Source: an uncultured Candidatus Binatia bacterium (lineage in GTDB: Bacteria; Desulfobacterota; Binatia; UBA9968; JAJDTQ01). From it: a stretch of DNA of 64,000 nt. The stretch is taken from the NCBI GenBank assembly GCA_965215605.1, contig OZ244070.1, positions 1,824,001-1,888,000 of the forward strand, given 5' to 3'. A program made the position numbers and the translations under genes. The notes under the pieces are model-generated. The model was given only the letters and a program-made list of their open reading frames with translations. It made no database searches and was not told the DNA's origin. Shown here in pieces: positions 26,783 through 37,666 of the stretch; positions within the stretch are counted from its first letter, which is position 1; each line of letters starts with the position of its first letter.

Positions 26783-28276
26783 ATGAGCCCGACCCCAGAC
26801 TCGTTCACGCTGCCGGAAGCCACCATCGAGGATATCCACGCCGCGTATGCCGCCGGCAGCCTCACGGCGCGCCAACTGACGCAGATGTACATCGACCGCA
26901 TCGAGGCCTATGACCGCGGCGGCCCCCGGATCAACTCCATCATCACGGTGAACCCGGCGGCGTTGGAGGAGGCGGACCGCCTGGACGCGGCGTTCAGGAG
27001 CGCGGGGAAGACCGGGACGCTCCATGGTGTTCCGGTGGTCATCAAGGACCAGGCGGACGTCAAGGGGACGCCCACCACTCTGGGCTCCTTGCTGTTCAAG
27101 GATTACTACCCGGACCGGGACTGCCGGGTGGTGGAAAAGCTCAAGGAGGCGGGGGCCATCGTGCTGGCCAAGACCACCCTGGGGGAGCTGGGCGCGGGCG
27201 ACACCCACGGCTCTCTGTTCGGCTCCACCCGCAACCCCTACGACGTGGAACGCACCGTGGGCGGCTCGTCGGGCGGTTCCGGCGCCGCCGTTTCCGCCAA
27301 CTTCGGCGCCGTCGGCATCGGGCAGGAGGGGCTGGCGTCCATCCGCCGGCCTTCCACCTGGAACTGCATCGCCGGCATGCGTCCCACCGCCGGCCTGGTG
27401 AGCCGCAGCGGCGTCTACTCCGGCTGGCCGCAGGAGGCGGGGTCGCTGGGGCCCATGGCTCGCACGGTCCGGGACATGGCTACCCTGCTGGACGTGATGG
27501 TGGGCTACGACGGCGAGGACCCGATCACCTCCAGGGGCGTCGGCCACGCGCCGACGAGCTACACGGACTTCCTGGACGCCGACGGGCTGCGCGGTGCGCG
27601 GATCGGCGTCCTGCGCGAGCCCATGGGCTACAACACCGATCCCGAGGCCGATGACTTCAAGAGCATTACCGGGATATTCGACAACGCGGTCGAGGAACTG
27701 CGAGCGGCCGGCGCCGAGGTGGTGGACCCGGTGGAGTTGGCGCGATTGAACGAGCTGCTCGCCAAACGCTGCGCGGATCCCACCGCCGGGGAAAGGGCCT
27801 TCGGGATCTACATGTCCCGCAGCGCCAATCCGCCGTACCGGACGCGCGCGGACGCCATGGCGTTGCCGGACTACTCCAAGCTCACGGAGCAGGTGCAGGC
27901 GCGCCTGCGCATCACCTCCGACCCCGCGGACCACTACCAGTACCTGCTGGCCCGGGACCACCTGATGATCCACCTGCTCAAGACCATGGCCGAGCACCGT
28001 CTGGACGCCATCGTCCACAAGGCCGTGGAGCACCAGCCCACGCTCATCGCCGACGGCGTGAAGCCGCCCTTCGTCAACCACAAGGGCGCGCCGCACCTGA
28101 ACACGTTCCTGGTGTATGTGCCCACGGTGACGGTGCCCGCGGGCTTCACCGCCGACCACCTGCCGGCCGGCGTCAGCTTCCTCGGACGGCCCTACGACGA
28201 CGGCCGCATGATCCGGCTGGCGTACGCCTACGAGCAGGCGACGCATCACCGCCGGCCGCCGGAGAGCACGTCGTAG
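26783..28276 (+). CDS. amidase signature family protein
   Basis: LHGVP..IKD, GGSSGGS, G...LASIRRPS (Ser-cisSer-Lys triad). Confidence 0.9.
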   Translation: MSPTPDSFTLPEATIEDIHAAYAAGSLTARQLTQMYIDRIEAYDRGGPRINSIITVNPAALEEADRLDAAFRSAGKTGTLHGVPVVIKDQADVKGTPTTLGSLLFKDYYPDRDCRVVEKLKEAGAIVLAKTTLGELGAGDTHGSLFGSTRNPYDVERTVGGSSGGSGAAVSANFGAVGIGQEGLASIRRPSTWNCIAGMRPTAGLVSRSGVYSGWPQEAGSLGPMARTVRDMATLLDVMVGYDGEDPITSRGVGHAPTSYTDFLDADGLRGARIGVLREPMGYNTDPEADDFKSITGIFDNAVEELRAAGAEVVDPVELARLNELLAKRCADPTAGERAFGIYMSRSANPPYRTRADAMALPDYSKLTEQVQARLRITSDPADHYQYLLARDHLMIHLLKTMAEHRLDAIVHKAVEHQPTLIADGVKPPFVNHKGAPHLNTFLVYVPTVTVPAGFTADHLPAGVSFLGRPYDDGRMIRLAYAYEQATHHRRPPESTS

Positions 28277-28320
28277 GAGACGGAATGACGAGTAGTGAAA
28301 CGTCGATGGAAGGAGCCAGC

Positions 28321-28950
28321 ATGCGAGAAAAGAAGAACGTGATCCAGTGGATCTATTCCTCGAAGGGCAACACCGAGCTGGAGGAGCGGTACGACAAGTG
28401 GGCCGGGTCCTACGATGAAGACCTGTACTCCGACTTCGGCTGGTTGAGCCCGCGGAAGGCCGTGGATGCTTTCGCCAAACGGGTGCCCAGGCATGGCCGC
28501 ATCCTCGACGCGGGCGCCGGCACGGGCATCGTGGGGGAACTGCTCCACGAAGCGGGGTTCGAGTATCTCGTGGCCATGGACCTGTCCCAGGGAATGCTGG
28601 ACGAGGCTGCCCGGAAGGACGTCTACAAGGAGTTCCACCGGATGGCGATGGGTCCGCCGCTGGACTTCCCGCCGCGCTCCTTCGACGGGGTCATCAGCGT
28701 GGGCGTCTTTACCGTGGGGCACGCGCCGGCCAGTTCGTTCGACGAGCTGGTGCGTGTCACTCGTCCGGGCGGACACATTGTCTTTTCACTGCGGCCGGAC
28801 ACCTACGAGCAGGATGGTTTCAGGGAGAAGCAGTCGTGGCTGGAGACCGAGGGAAAATGGCGGCTGGTGGAGGAGGGGGAGAAGTACCAGCCCATGCCCA
28901 AGGGGGAGCCCGAGGTCCATCATCAGGTTTGGGTGTACCAAGTCCTGTAA
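28321..28950 (+). CDS. class I SAM-dependent methyltransferase
   Basis: YD.WA..YD.D, ILDAGAGTG, DLS.GML, GVFT.GH, RPGG. Confidence 0.88.
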   Translation: MREKKNVIQWIYSSKGNTELEERYDKWAGSYDEDLYSDFGWLSPRKAVDAFAKRVPRHGRILDAGAGTGIVGELLHEAGFEYLVAMDLSQGMLDEAARKDVYKEFHRMAMGPPLDFPPRSFDGVISVGVFTVGHAPASSFDELVRVTRPGGHIVFSLRPDTYEQDGFREKQSWLETEGKWRLVEEGEKYQPMPKGEPEVHHQVWVYQVL

Positions 28951-29111
28951 CAGCGATTCGCGGCCCGGGGTGCGCGGCGGTTTGCGGCAGTGAACGACCA
29001 CGGTCCGCCCCCTTTCGCGGCAGGAGAAAAGTGCGCAAATCCCTTGATGTACGAAGGTCGGCGGCGGTATAACGAAAAAAACAGGGGCTATTCGAAGGAG
29101 GTAGAACGATC

Positions 29112-30221
29112 ATGTCCGGTCTCAATACACGCATTATCGACGGCGACGGCCACATCCTGGAGGACAACCCCGGAATCCTCGAGCACATGGACGGGCCTTA
29201 CCGGGACATCGCCGCCAAGAAGGGCATCATCTTCCCGCCCATCGACCATCTTCATGACGGACGCGCGGTGGAGACGCCGCCGCTCCGGGACGGACGGGAG
29301 AAGGTGGGTCCCGACGGTTGGATGAAGTTCCTGGACGACGTGGGAATCGACTGGACCGTGATGTATCCGACCCAGGGGCTGGGCTACGGGAAGATCGTGA
29401 GCCTCGACTACGCCATCGCCGCCTGCAAGGCTTACAACGACTGGGCGTACCACACGTACCTGCAGCGCGACCCGCGCTTCAACGCCATGGGCCTGATCCC
29501 CATGCAGGACCCGGAGGAGGCGGCCAAGGAGTTGCACCGCATCGTCACCGAGCTGGGCATGATGGGCGCCATGATGCCCTCCAACGGCCTGCCGCTGCCG
29601 CTGGGCGCCAAGGCCTACTGGCCCATCTATGAAGAGGCCGACCGGCTGGGCTGCTGCCTCGCGGTGCACGGCGGCTGCCACGACCGTTTCGGGCTCGACC
29701 AGATGAACATGTACGTGCCCGTGCACGCGCTGGGCCACCCCTGGGGCATCGCCCTCAACTGTGCCAACATCCTCTACAACGGCATCTTCGAGCGCTTTCC
29801 CAACGTGCGCATCGCCTTCCTCGAAGGCGGCGTGGCCTGGCTGCTGATGCTGCTGGAACGGCTGCACGCGTCCCACGAGACGCACTTCCAGTACATCCCG
29901 GACGGCGAGTTCAGCATCGGCGAGGACCAGGACCCGGCCAAGATCATCAAGCAGCTCATCGAGGCGGATCGCTTCTACCTGGGCATCGAGGCCGAGGAGC
30001 TGACGTTGCCCTTCGCCATCAAGACCGTGGGGCACCGGCCGTTCCTGTACTCCTCGGACTTCCCCCACGAGGTCACCACCCAGAGCTGCATGCATGACCT
30101 CGGCGAGCTCATGGAGAGTGACGAGATGACCGGCGAAGACAAGGCCGCCATGCTCTATCGCAACGCGGAGCGGTTCTACAAGCCGGCAACCGCGGGCGCC
30201 CAGGTCGCGGCCAAGGCATAG
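29112..30221 (+). CDS. amidohydrolase_2 family protein
   Basis: IIDGDGH, YPT, YNDW, AVH, FLEGG, SSDFPH, NAERFY. Confidence 0.88.
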   Translation: MSGLNTRIIDGDGHILEDNPGILEHMDGPYRDIAAKKGIIFPPIDHLHDGRAVETPPLRDGREKVGPDGWMKFLDDVGIDWTVMYPTQGLGYGKIVSLDYAIAACKAYNDWAYHTYLQRDPRFNAMGLIPMQDPEEAAKELHRIVTELGMMGAMMPSNGLPLPLGAKAYWPIYEEADRLGCCLAVHGGCHDRFGLDQMNMYVPVHALGHPWGIALNCANILYNGIFERFPNVRIAFLEGGVAWLLMLLERLHASHETHFQYIPDGEFSIGEDQDPAKIIKQLIEADRFYLGIEAEELTLPFAIKTVGHRPFLYSSDFPHEVTTQSCMHDLGELMESDEMTGEDKAAMLYRNAERFYKPATAGAQVAAKA

Positions 30222-30249
30222 CGGGTTCCGCTGGGCTTTCCCGAATCTG

Positions 30250-30284
30250 AAGGGGCAGGGCGTAGGTCACGCTCTGCCCCTTTT
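30250..30284 (+). terminator. intrinsic terminator-like hairpin
   Basis: AAGGGGCAGGGCGT-aggtc-ACGCTCTGCCCCTT-TT, 28 nt after the stop codon. Confidence 0.55.
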
Positions 30285-30332
30285 ACAATGGACGCGCCAG
30301 GGACCCCTGACGTCTCGAGAAGGAGAACGACA

Positions 30333-31418
30333 ATGGATGAATGCCGCGCCGCCGTGGTGGTATCCCACAACGAGCCGCTGGAAATACAGAAGGTGCCGAT
30401 CCCGGAGCTGGAGCCGGGCGCGCTGTTGGTGCGCATCGATGCGTCCACCATCTGCGGCACCGACGTGCATCGCTGGCACGGCCCCCTGGGCGGTGGCGAC
30501 ACGCTGCCCATCATCACCGGGCACGAGCCGTGCGGTTACATCGAGGAGATCAACGGCGAGCGCACGGACATCCTGGGCAACCCGGTGAAGCCCGGCGACC
30601 GCATCGTGTGGAGCTACGTCGCCTGCGGCCACTGCTATTACTGCACCGTGGCGCTGCAGCCGTGCATCTGCCCCGGCCGCGCCTCCTGGGGACACAACCG
30701 CAGCGACCAGTATCCGTACCTCTTGGGCAGCGTCTCCGAGTACATGTACGTGCCGCCGCCCTGTGAGATCATCAAGGTGCCCGAAGATGTCACCTCGGCG
30801 TCCGCGGCCGCCTCGGCCTGCGCCTACCGCACGGTGATGCACGGCTTTGACCGCCTCGGCGCCATCAAGAGCCACGAGACCGTGGTGATCCAGGGCAGCG
30901 GCCCGCTGGGCAACTTCGCCACCGCGGTGGCCAAGGACCACGGCGCCAAGAAGGTGCTGGTCATCGGCGCCCCGGCCGCGCGCCTGGAAGTGAGCAAGCG
31001 CATGGGCGCGGACGCGGTGCTGAACCTCGAGGAAGTCACCGACCCCAAGGACCGCCGCCAATGGGTGAAGGACCACACCGACGGCCGCGGCGGCGACGTG
31101 GTGATCCAGGTGGCCAACAACATGGCCGTGCCCGAGGGCCTCACGCTGCTGCGCGGAGGCGGCACCTTCGTCAACATCGGCGCCGGCGGCAAGGCCGACA
31201 TCGGCGTCCAGAACCTGCCCCAGGAGATGATCCTGCACACCATCCGATCCGGCGAGCCGCGCCACTGGCTGCAGGCCATCGACTTCCTCTCCTCGCGCAA
31301 GGACACCTTCCCGTTCGAGGAGATGATCTCGGCGGAGTACAGGCTGGACCAGGTGAACGAGGCGCTGCAGGCCATGGCGAAGTACGAGATCGTCAAGGGG
31401 GTCATCCAGTTCAACTAG
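30333..31418 (+). CDS. zinc-binding alcohol dehydrogenase
   Basis: ICGTD, GHE, CGHCYYC..C structural Zn site, GSGPLG; AGGAG RBS. Confidence 0.9.
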   Translation: MDECRAAVVVSHNEPLEIQKVPIPELEPGALLVRIDASTICGTDVHRWHGPLGGGDTLPIITGHEPCGYIEEINGERTDILGNPVKPGDRIVWSYVACGHCYYCTVALQPCICPGRASWGHNRSDQYPYLLGSVSEYMYVPPPCEIIKVPEDVTSASAAASACAYRTVMHGFDRLGAIKSHETVVIQGSGPLGNFATAVAKDHGAKKVLVIGAPAARLEVSKRMGADAVLNLEEVTDPKDRRQWVKDHTDGRGGDVVIQVANNMAVPEGLTLLRGGGTFVNIGAGGKADIGVQNLPQEMILHTIRSGEPRHWLQAIDFLSSRKDTFPFEEMISAEYRLDQVNEALQAMAKYEIVKGVIQFN

Positions 31419-31482
31419 GAGCGGCGGGGTCAGATCTTGTTTTGGCAACTGCGGAGCTAACTGGCTGATTATAGGGGGTTTC

Positions 31483-32484
31483 ATGCGCGCGATCGTCATG
31501 GGCACCGGCCCCATCGGGGGCATCATCGGCGGACGGCTGGCCCGGGACGGACAGGACGTCACCTTCGTGGACGTTGACCGGGAGCACGTCGCCGCCATCT
31601 GCGAGCACGGGCTTCAGGTGGACGTGCCCGACGGGGCGTTCAACGTGAAGGCGAACATCGTCACTCCGGACGAGATCGAGGGCGCCTTCGACACGGCCTT
31701 CATCGCCGTCCGCTGCAACTACACCCGCGACACGCTGAAGACCGTTGTGCCGCATCTGAGGGACGGCGCGCTGGTGGTGTCGATGCAGAACGGCATCAAC
31801 GTCCCGCTTCTGGAGGAGGCGGTGGGCGCGGACCGGTCCGTGGGCATGGGCATCCGAATGGGCAGCCGGCGCACGGCCCCCGGGCGGGTTCACACCACCA
31901 CGCGCGGCCACCTCTACGTCGGCCATTCCCACGGCCGCACCACGCCGCGGTTGGAAGAGCTCAACGCCATGCTCGATGCCGTGATTCCCAGCGAGATCAC
32001 CGACAACATCATCGGAGTGTTGTGGAGCAAACTCACCTACACCTGCTACGGTTACTACGGTTCGCTGGCGAACACGTCCATGGTGGAGAGCTGCGCCAGC
32101 CCCGAAGACCGGCTGCTGCTGGCGGATTTTCTGGGGGAGGTGGTTGCCGTGGGCACGGCAGCCGGCGCCCGGTTCATTCCCCTGGCCGAGTACGACCCGC
32201 CCGACCTTCATCCCGACAAGCCGGCGGAAGCGCGCACGGCCATCGTGAACGGCTATGCCGAGTCCTGGAGGTCCGACGACCTCAAGGGGCCGCTGCGGCA
32301 ACTGCTGACGGGGAGCAAGCTCGAGGTGGCGTTCACCTTGGGTCACGTGGTCCGCGAGAGCGCCCGGCTCGGTCTGCCCACACCGCTTTGCGACAACCTG
32401 CTGCAAATGATGCTCGACCTGGAATCGGGCAAGCGCCAACTCGGCCTCCACAACTACGCCGAACTGGCGGCCTGCCGGACATAG
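31483..32484 (+). CDS. ketopantoate reductase (PanE/ApbA) family protein
   Basis: GTGPIGG, QNG, LWSKL, PTP motifs. Confidence 0.85.
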   Translation: MRAIVMGTGPIGGIIGGRLARDGQDVTFVDVDREHVAAICEHGLQVDVPDGAFNVKANIVTPDEIEGAFDTAFIAVRCNYTRDTLKTVVPHLRDGALVVSMQNGINVPLLEEAVGADRSVGMGIRMGSRRTAPGRVHTTTRGHLYVGHSHGRTTPRLEELNAMLDAVIPSEITDNIIGVLWSKLTYTCYGYYGSLANTSMVESCASPEDRLLLADFLGEVVAVGTAAGARFIPLAEYDPPDLHPDKPAEARTAIVNGYAESWRSDDLKGPLRQLLTGSKLEVAFTLGHVVRESARLGLPTPLCDNLLQMMLDLESGKRQLGLHNYAELAACRT

Positions 32485-32508
32485 CGGGATCGGCTGCTAC
32501 CCTTAGGC

Positions 32509-32543
32509 AAAAGGTCGTGAGAACCAATCTCACGGCCTTTTTT
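32509..32543 (+). terminator. intrinsic terminator
   Basis: AAAAGGTCGTGAGA-accaa-TCTCACGGCCTTTTTT. Confidence 0.7.
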
Positions 32544-32610
32544 GCTCGGGAACGCCTTGCAGTCCAATAAGAATACCCAGCTTACATCCGGCCGGTCGAG
32601 GATCTTGTAC

Positions 32611-34140
32611 ATGAAGCGGGCTGCCTTGGGACTGTTGCTTATCGTCTTGTTGGCGGGCGCGACCTGCTACTGGCTGACGTTCATCCGGGTCACGAACGGA
32701 GGGTTGGCCTTCGAGAACAAGCTGCTGATTCCCGAGCAGCTATTCGGCACCGTCCTGGACGGACGCCGGCAGTTTCACCTGACCGTTGACGAGGGGACAC
32801 GGGAGTTCCTGCCGGGCAAGCAAACGCCGACGGCCGGCGTCAACGGCCCGTTTCTGGGGCCGACGCTGCGACTGCGTCAGGGCGAGGACGTCGATCTGAT
32901 CGTCCGGAACGACCTGGACGAGATGACCACCATGCACTGGCACGGAGCGCACGTTCCCGCCCGCATGGACGGCACGCCACACCAGAAGATCCAGCCCGGG
33001 ACATCGTGGACCGCCAGCTTCCAGGTCCATCAACAGGCCGCTCCGTTGTGGTACCACCCGCATCCGCACGGCGCCACGGGGCGGCATGTCTATCAGGGCG
33101 TCGCTGGCTTCATGTGGATCGACGACGAGAACAGCGAGGCGCTGGATCTGCCCAAGACCTACGGCGTTGACGACATTCCAATCGTGATCCAGGATCGGCT
33201 GTTCGGCGACGACGGTGCGTTTCGCTTTGCCATCAACCAGGGTGCCGTTTACGGCGACACCATGCTGGTCAACGGCACCTGGAGTCCGTTTGTCCAGGTC
33301 GAGTCGCGGCGAATCCGATTCAGACTGTTGAACGGCTCGAATGCGCGGATCTACTACATCGGCTTTGACGACAACCGTGTTTTTCACCAGATCGCCACGG
33401 ACGGCGGCTTCCTTGAGAGACCCCTCCGAACCGACCGCGTGGTCCTCGCTCCTGGCGAGCGGGCCGAGATCCTGGTGGACTTCAGTGATGGCGCCGAGGC
33501 GGTGTTGAAGAGCTACCCGGAAGCCGGGTTGCTGGAGACGATGGAGGCATTCTTCGGGGGGATCGGCAACGGGCACCTGGAGTTGTTGAAGATCGTTCCC
33601 CGGCCGGCAAAGCGCGCATCCCACGCTCTGCCGGAACGCCTCAACACCATTACCCGCATCGATGCCTCACAAGCCGCGAAAACCCGACCGATGGTTTTGG
33701 GAGGGCCGATACAGGGCGCACAGGGTGGACGGTTTGCTGGAGGCGGACCGGGTCCGGGGCCGCCGATCAACGGCAAGATCATGGACATGGGGAGAATTGA
33801 TGAGGTGGTGCGGCTGGGAGACATAGAGATCTGGGAAGTGGACAATCGCGGGGGGCAGGCTCACCCTTTCCACATCCACTTGGTGCAGTTCCAGATTCTC
33901 GACCGCAACGGCCAACCGCCCAGCGGCGCCGAGCTCGGCTGGAAGGACACGGTCCTGGTGCCTGCCGGTGACATCGTCCGGATCATCATGCCCTTCGATC
34001 GATATGCCGATCCGGAAGTGCCGTACATGTACCACTGCCACATCATGGAACATGAAGATAACGGGATGATGGGACAGTTCCTGGTAGTGGAAGACCCGGA
34101 GCGACTCGCCAGCCGTACGAGAAATCTGCAGCACCGGTAG
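32611..34140 (+). CDS. multicopper oxidase (CueO/CumA-like)
   Basis: HWHG, WYHPH, HPFHIH, HCHIMEHED.GMM copper ligands; N-terminal hydrophobic segment. Confidence 0.92.
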   Translation: MKRAALGLLLIVLLAGATCYWLTFIRVTNGGLAFENKLLIPEQLFGTVLDGRRQFHLTVDEGTREFLPGKQTPTAGVNGPFLGPTLRLRQGEDVDLIVRNDLDEMTTMHWHGAHVPARMDGTPHQKIQPGTSWTASFQVHQQAAPLWYHPHPHGATGRHVYQGVAGFMWIDDENSEALDLPKTYGVDDIPIVIQDRLFGDDGAFRFAINQGAVYGDTMLVNGTWSPFVQVESRRIRFRLLNGSNARIYYIGFDDNRVFHQIATDGGFLERPLRTDRVVLAPGERAEILVDFSDGAEAVLKSYPEAGLLETMEAFFGGIGNGHLELLKIVPRPAKRASHALPERLNTITRIDASQAAKTRPMVLGGPIQGAQGGRFAGGGPGPGPPINGKIMDMGRIDEVVRLGDIEIWEVDNRGGQAHPFHIHLVQFQILDRNGQPPSGAELGWKDTVLVPAGDIVRIIMPFDRYADPEVPYMYHCHIMEHEDNGMMGQFLVVEDPERLASRTRNLQHR

Positions 34141-34185
34141 TGCGAGGATACCCTCGGCCTCGTGACTATATTGAGCTTCACGAGT

Positions 34186-34214
34186 TGGACAAATTTAACT
34201 TATAAAGTCATAAT
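34186..34214 (+). promoter_or_regulatory. sigma70-like promoter, probable leaderless transcript
   Basis: TGGACA-17-CATAAT, then 6 nt to the ATG at 34221; AT-rich, no RBS. Confidence 0.55.
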
Positions 34215-34220
34215 ATCCGG

Positions 34221-35432
34221 ATGCAGTACCCCAGGTTGCTCGCTGACCGGCTGATCCGGCTCGCGGCACACTTTCCGGCGGTGGTGGTCACCGGTGCGCG
34301 TCAGGCGGGCAAGACGACCCTGATGCGCGCCACCTTCCCGGATCATCACTACGTTTCCCTGGACCTCCCCACCACGGCCGACCAGGCCGAACGCAATCCG
34401 GACCTGTTCCTGCACCACCATCGGGCGCCGGTGCTCATCGACGAGGTGCAGTACGCGCCCGGCCTGTTCCGCCACCTGAAAGCGGCGATCGATGACCGTC
34501 GTCCTGACATGGGCCGCTACATCCTCACCGGGAGCCAGAACTTCACGCTCATGAAAGGGATCTCGGACAGTCTTGCGGGCCGTTGCGGGATCGTGGAGTT
34601 GGAAAACCTGGCGCTGCACGAGATCGACGCCGTGACTCCTCCCGGCGACGACGCGGCCAGCCTCGCCGGCCTGATGGCCCGGGGGCAGTTCCCCGAGTTG
34701 TGGCGCGAGCCGGAGCTGCGGGCGGCGGATTTCTTCGCTTCGTACCTCGCCACCTACCTCGAGCGCGACGTGCGCCAGATCCTGAACGTGGCGAGTCTCC
34801 GGGATTTCGAGCGCTTCGTTCGCTTGCTGGCGGCTCGCTCGGCGGCCATGCTCAACAAGAGCGACGTCGCACGGGACACCGGCGTGGCGGTGAAGACCAT
34901 CGGCGAGTGGGTGAGCGTGCTCCAGGCGTCCGGCCAGATCGTCCTGCTGGAACCCTGGCACGTGAGCTTCGGCAAACGAGTGGTGAAGACTCCGAAGGTC
35001 TATTTCCGCGACAGCGGCCTGCTCTGCTTTCTGCTGGGGCTTGACGCCTCCACGCTGCTCACCTCGCCAGCCCTGGGCGCCGTATGGGAGACGTTCGTGT
35101 TCGCGGAGATGCGCAAGCTGAACGAGGCCGAATCCGCGCCTGTCAACTTCTGGTACTACCGCGACCAACGCGGCCAGGAAGTGGACTTCGTGCGCGACGC
35201 CGGCGGCGTCCTCGGCTTCATGGAGTGCAAGTGGAGCGAGCGGCCCACCCTGCGTGACGCGCGCGGGTTGCTGCGGGTGAGCGCCGGGCTGGCCGCGTCC
35301 AACAGTCCCTGGCGCCCCGGCCCGCACTACGTCATCGGCCGGCCCGTGTCCAGCCATTCCCTCGGTGAGGGCGTGACCGCCGTGTCGCTGCGCGACCTCC
35401 CCGCCATCGTCTCCGGGAATCCGCTCGCCTGA
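34221..35432 (+). CDS. AAA_14 ATPase with DUF4143 domain
   Basis: [44 protein letters not shown]...ECK. Confidence 0.9.
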   Translation: MQYPRLLADRLIRLAAHFPAVVVTGARQAGKTTLMRATFPDHHYVSLDLPTTADQAERNPDLFLHHHRAPVLIDEVQYAPGLFRHLKAAIDDRRPDMGRYILTGSQNFTLMKGISDSLAGRCGIVELENLALHEIDAVTPPGDDAASLAGLMARGQFPELWREPELRAADFFASYLATYLERDVRQILNVASLRDFERFVRLLAARSAAMLNKSDVARDTGVAVKTIGEWVSVLQASGQIVLLEPWHVSFGKRVVKTPKVYFRDSGLLCFLLGLDASTLLTSPALGAVWETFVFAEMRKLNEAESAPVNFWYYRDQRGQEVDFVRDAGGVLGFMECKWSERPTLRDARGLLRVSAGLAASNSPWRPGPHYVIGRPVSSHSLGEGVTAVSLRDLPAIVSGNPLA

Positions 35433-35541
35433 CCGGTTGCGCTGGACATCGTTGCCTCTCCGCGCCCAAAGACGTAGTAATGGCACAGCCTGGGACGTCG
35501 GCTTCAGGCGGGATGAACGCCGCCAACGAGGAGAAACGCAC

Positions 35542-36522
35542 ATGGAATACCGCCAGTTCGCAACCACCGACTGCAAGGTGTCGCCCATAGGGCTCGGCTG
35601 TCTGAGCATGTCCGGGATGTATGGCGCCGGCGACGACACGGAGTCCATCGCCACGCTGCACCGGGCCTTCGAGCTCGGCATCAACTTCCTGGACACCTCC
35701 GCCAGCTACGGCAACGGCCACAACCACGAGCTCATCGGCAAGGCCATCAAGGGCCGGCGCGACCAGGTGGTGATCCACTCCAAGTCCGGCAGCCCGCGGT
35801 CCGCCGCCGGCACCGGCCTCGACGGCGGCAGCTCGCCCGAGTACCTCGTCCAGACCTGCGAGGAGAGCCTCCAGCGACTGGGCACCGACTACCTGGACAT
35901 GTACTGCATGTCCCGCATCGACCCCGCCGTCCCGGTGGAGGAATCGGTAGGCGGTATGGCGCGCTTGGTGGAGCAAGGCAAGACCCGCTACATTGGACTC
36001 TCCGAAGCCAGCGCCGATTCCATCCGCCGCGCCCAAAAGGTCCACCCCATCGTCTCGCTCCAGATCGAATACTCACTCTGGTCCCGGGACCCCGAGCAGG
36101 GCAACATCGAGGCCTGCCGCGAGTTCGGCATGGGCCTCATGGCCTACTCGCCCTTGGGCCGCGGCTTCTTCGCCGGCGCCGTCCGCAGTCTCGACCAGCT
36201 CGCCGAACGCGACGGCCGCCGCAACCAGCCCCGCCTCCAACCGGGCAACATCGAGCGCAACCTGGAGTTACTGGCCCAAGTGGACGAGGTCGCCAGGGAC
36301 AAGGGCATCACCACCACCCAGCTCGCGCTCGCATGGCTCATGGCCCAAGGTCCGGACATCATCCCCATCCCCAGCAGCAAGAGCCGCAAGCACCTGGAGG
36401 AGAACGTCAAGGCTGTCGAGGTGGAGTTGACGGACGAGGACCTGCGCCGGCTCGACGGCATCCTTCCCTACGGCGCCGCCGCCGGGAACCGGACGCGGGA
36501 CATGAAGCGGGTGAACGTGTAG
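35542..36522 (+). CDS. aldo/keto reductase
   Basis: IGLGC, DT...[28 protein letters not shown]. Confidence 0.92.
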   Translation: MEYRQFATTDCKVSPIGLGCLSMSGMYGAGDDTESIATLHRAFELGINFLDTSASYGNGHNHELIGKAIKGRRDQVVIHSKSGSPRSAAGTGLDGGSSPEYLVQTCEESLQRLGTDYLDMYCMSRIDPAVPVEESVGGMARLVEQGKTRYIGLSEASADSIRRAQKVHPIVSLQIEYSLWSRDPEQGNIEACREFGMGLMAYSPLGRGFFAGAVRSLDQLAERDGRRNQPRLQPGNIERNLELLAQVDEVARDKGITTTQLALAWLMAQGPDIIPIPSSKSRKHLEENVKAVEVELTDEDLRRLDGILPYGAAAGNRTRDMKRVNV

Positions 36523-36643
36523 TACCTCGCGAAGTCGCCATTTTGGGGGAGCGCCGGTTGCCTCCACCCATTTCGCTAGCAATATCAATAGGTACGGTGC
36601 GGTGGCCACCGTGCCTCCCCACGCTTTGGAGGGGGCAGCTCTG

Positions 36644-37666
36644 TCAGTCCCGTTCAAGTTGGTTCGTCGACGGCTGTGCACGCACATTGGGCAGACGATC
36701 ATTGATCGCGATTGCCAGATCGCACCCGAAGTTCCGCGTGTTGTCCGTGACTACCGTCCGGGCTCCCGTCGCCTCCACATAGGCAAGGGTTTCTTCGAAA
36801 TCAGCGTGGTTCGACAGCGCTACGCGGTATGCCCGATCTGAAAAGATCTTCAATGGATGGTCGTGGTCTACCATGTAAGCGCTACAGGTGACCATTGTCC
36901 CCTCGACTCGCTCGTTCTTGAAACCGTCGCCCTTTGAGTAGAGCCGCACATATGAACGCTGTTGCACGGCGTGCCTGCCGTCGTCGGAATCAAGCGGAAC
37001 CAGTACTCCGGGCGCGAGGCCATGCTGCTGGTATACCTGCACGCGCCGGATTAGCCGCTCGGTGGCCAGAAGGGGAACGCCCACGTTGTCTCCAAGCACC
37101 TGCAAGGTGCGTTCGATGGTTCCGGGGTGGGCGTGGATATGGACTGAACCGTGCCGTAGTCTCGCACAGACTATTTCAGACAGGCAGGCTTCCGCTTGGT
37201 CCTGCGTGTAACCTCGGACGCTACGGGGGTTACCATAAGTACTGTCAACGACCAGTTCATCGACTTGGATCACGTTGTCGAGGGGCCATCCGAAGTCGCC
37301 GGAATATCCAATCCGATGACCGTCTGGCAACTCCAGGGCAACCTGACACGATCCAAGCATGTGGTTCGATGGGACTAGATGTAACGTAAAGCCTTTTCCC
37401 AGATCATGCGCGACACCGCGTTCGACCGGGTGGAAGTTCTCTCGGTACTCCAGATCAGCATTGTACTCGGCAATGAGCAAAGCATAGGTCTCAGGGCTTA
37501 GCAGGAACTCCTGCAGCCCCTTGCTCTTGTTGAACGCACCCATGTGGTCTTCATGGACGTGTGTCTGGACACGGAAGCGGCAGCCATTAGCGAAACCGTC
37601 GCACACGACCATCTCGCCGAGGCAGACAGCGCCACTCTCCCGCACGTCAACCATCGGGTCAGGCAT
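36644..37666 (-). CDS. MBL-fold, beta-CASP-like nuclease
   Basis: THVHEDH, NHMLGS, YSGDF, VDSTYG, LSNHADF; the ATG at 37666 overlaps the upstream stop by 8 nt. Confidence 0.8.
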   Translation of the reverse strand: MPDPMVDVRESGAVCLGEMVVCDGFANGCRFRVQTHVHEDHMGAFNKSKGLQEFLLSPETYALLIAEYNADLEYRENFHPVERGVAHDLGKGFTLHLVPSNHMLGSCQVALELPDGHRIGYSGDFGWPLDNVIQVDELVVDSTYGNPRSVRGYTQDQAEACLSEIVCARLRHGSVHIHAHPGTIERTLQVLGDNVGVPLLATERLIRRVQVYQQHGLAPGVLVPLDSDDGRHAVQQRSYVRLYSKGDGFKNERVEGTMVTCSAYMVDHDHPLKIFSDRAYRVALSNHADFEETLAYVEATGARTVVTDNTRNFGCDLAIAINDRLPNVRAQPSTNQLERD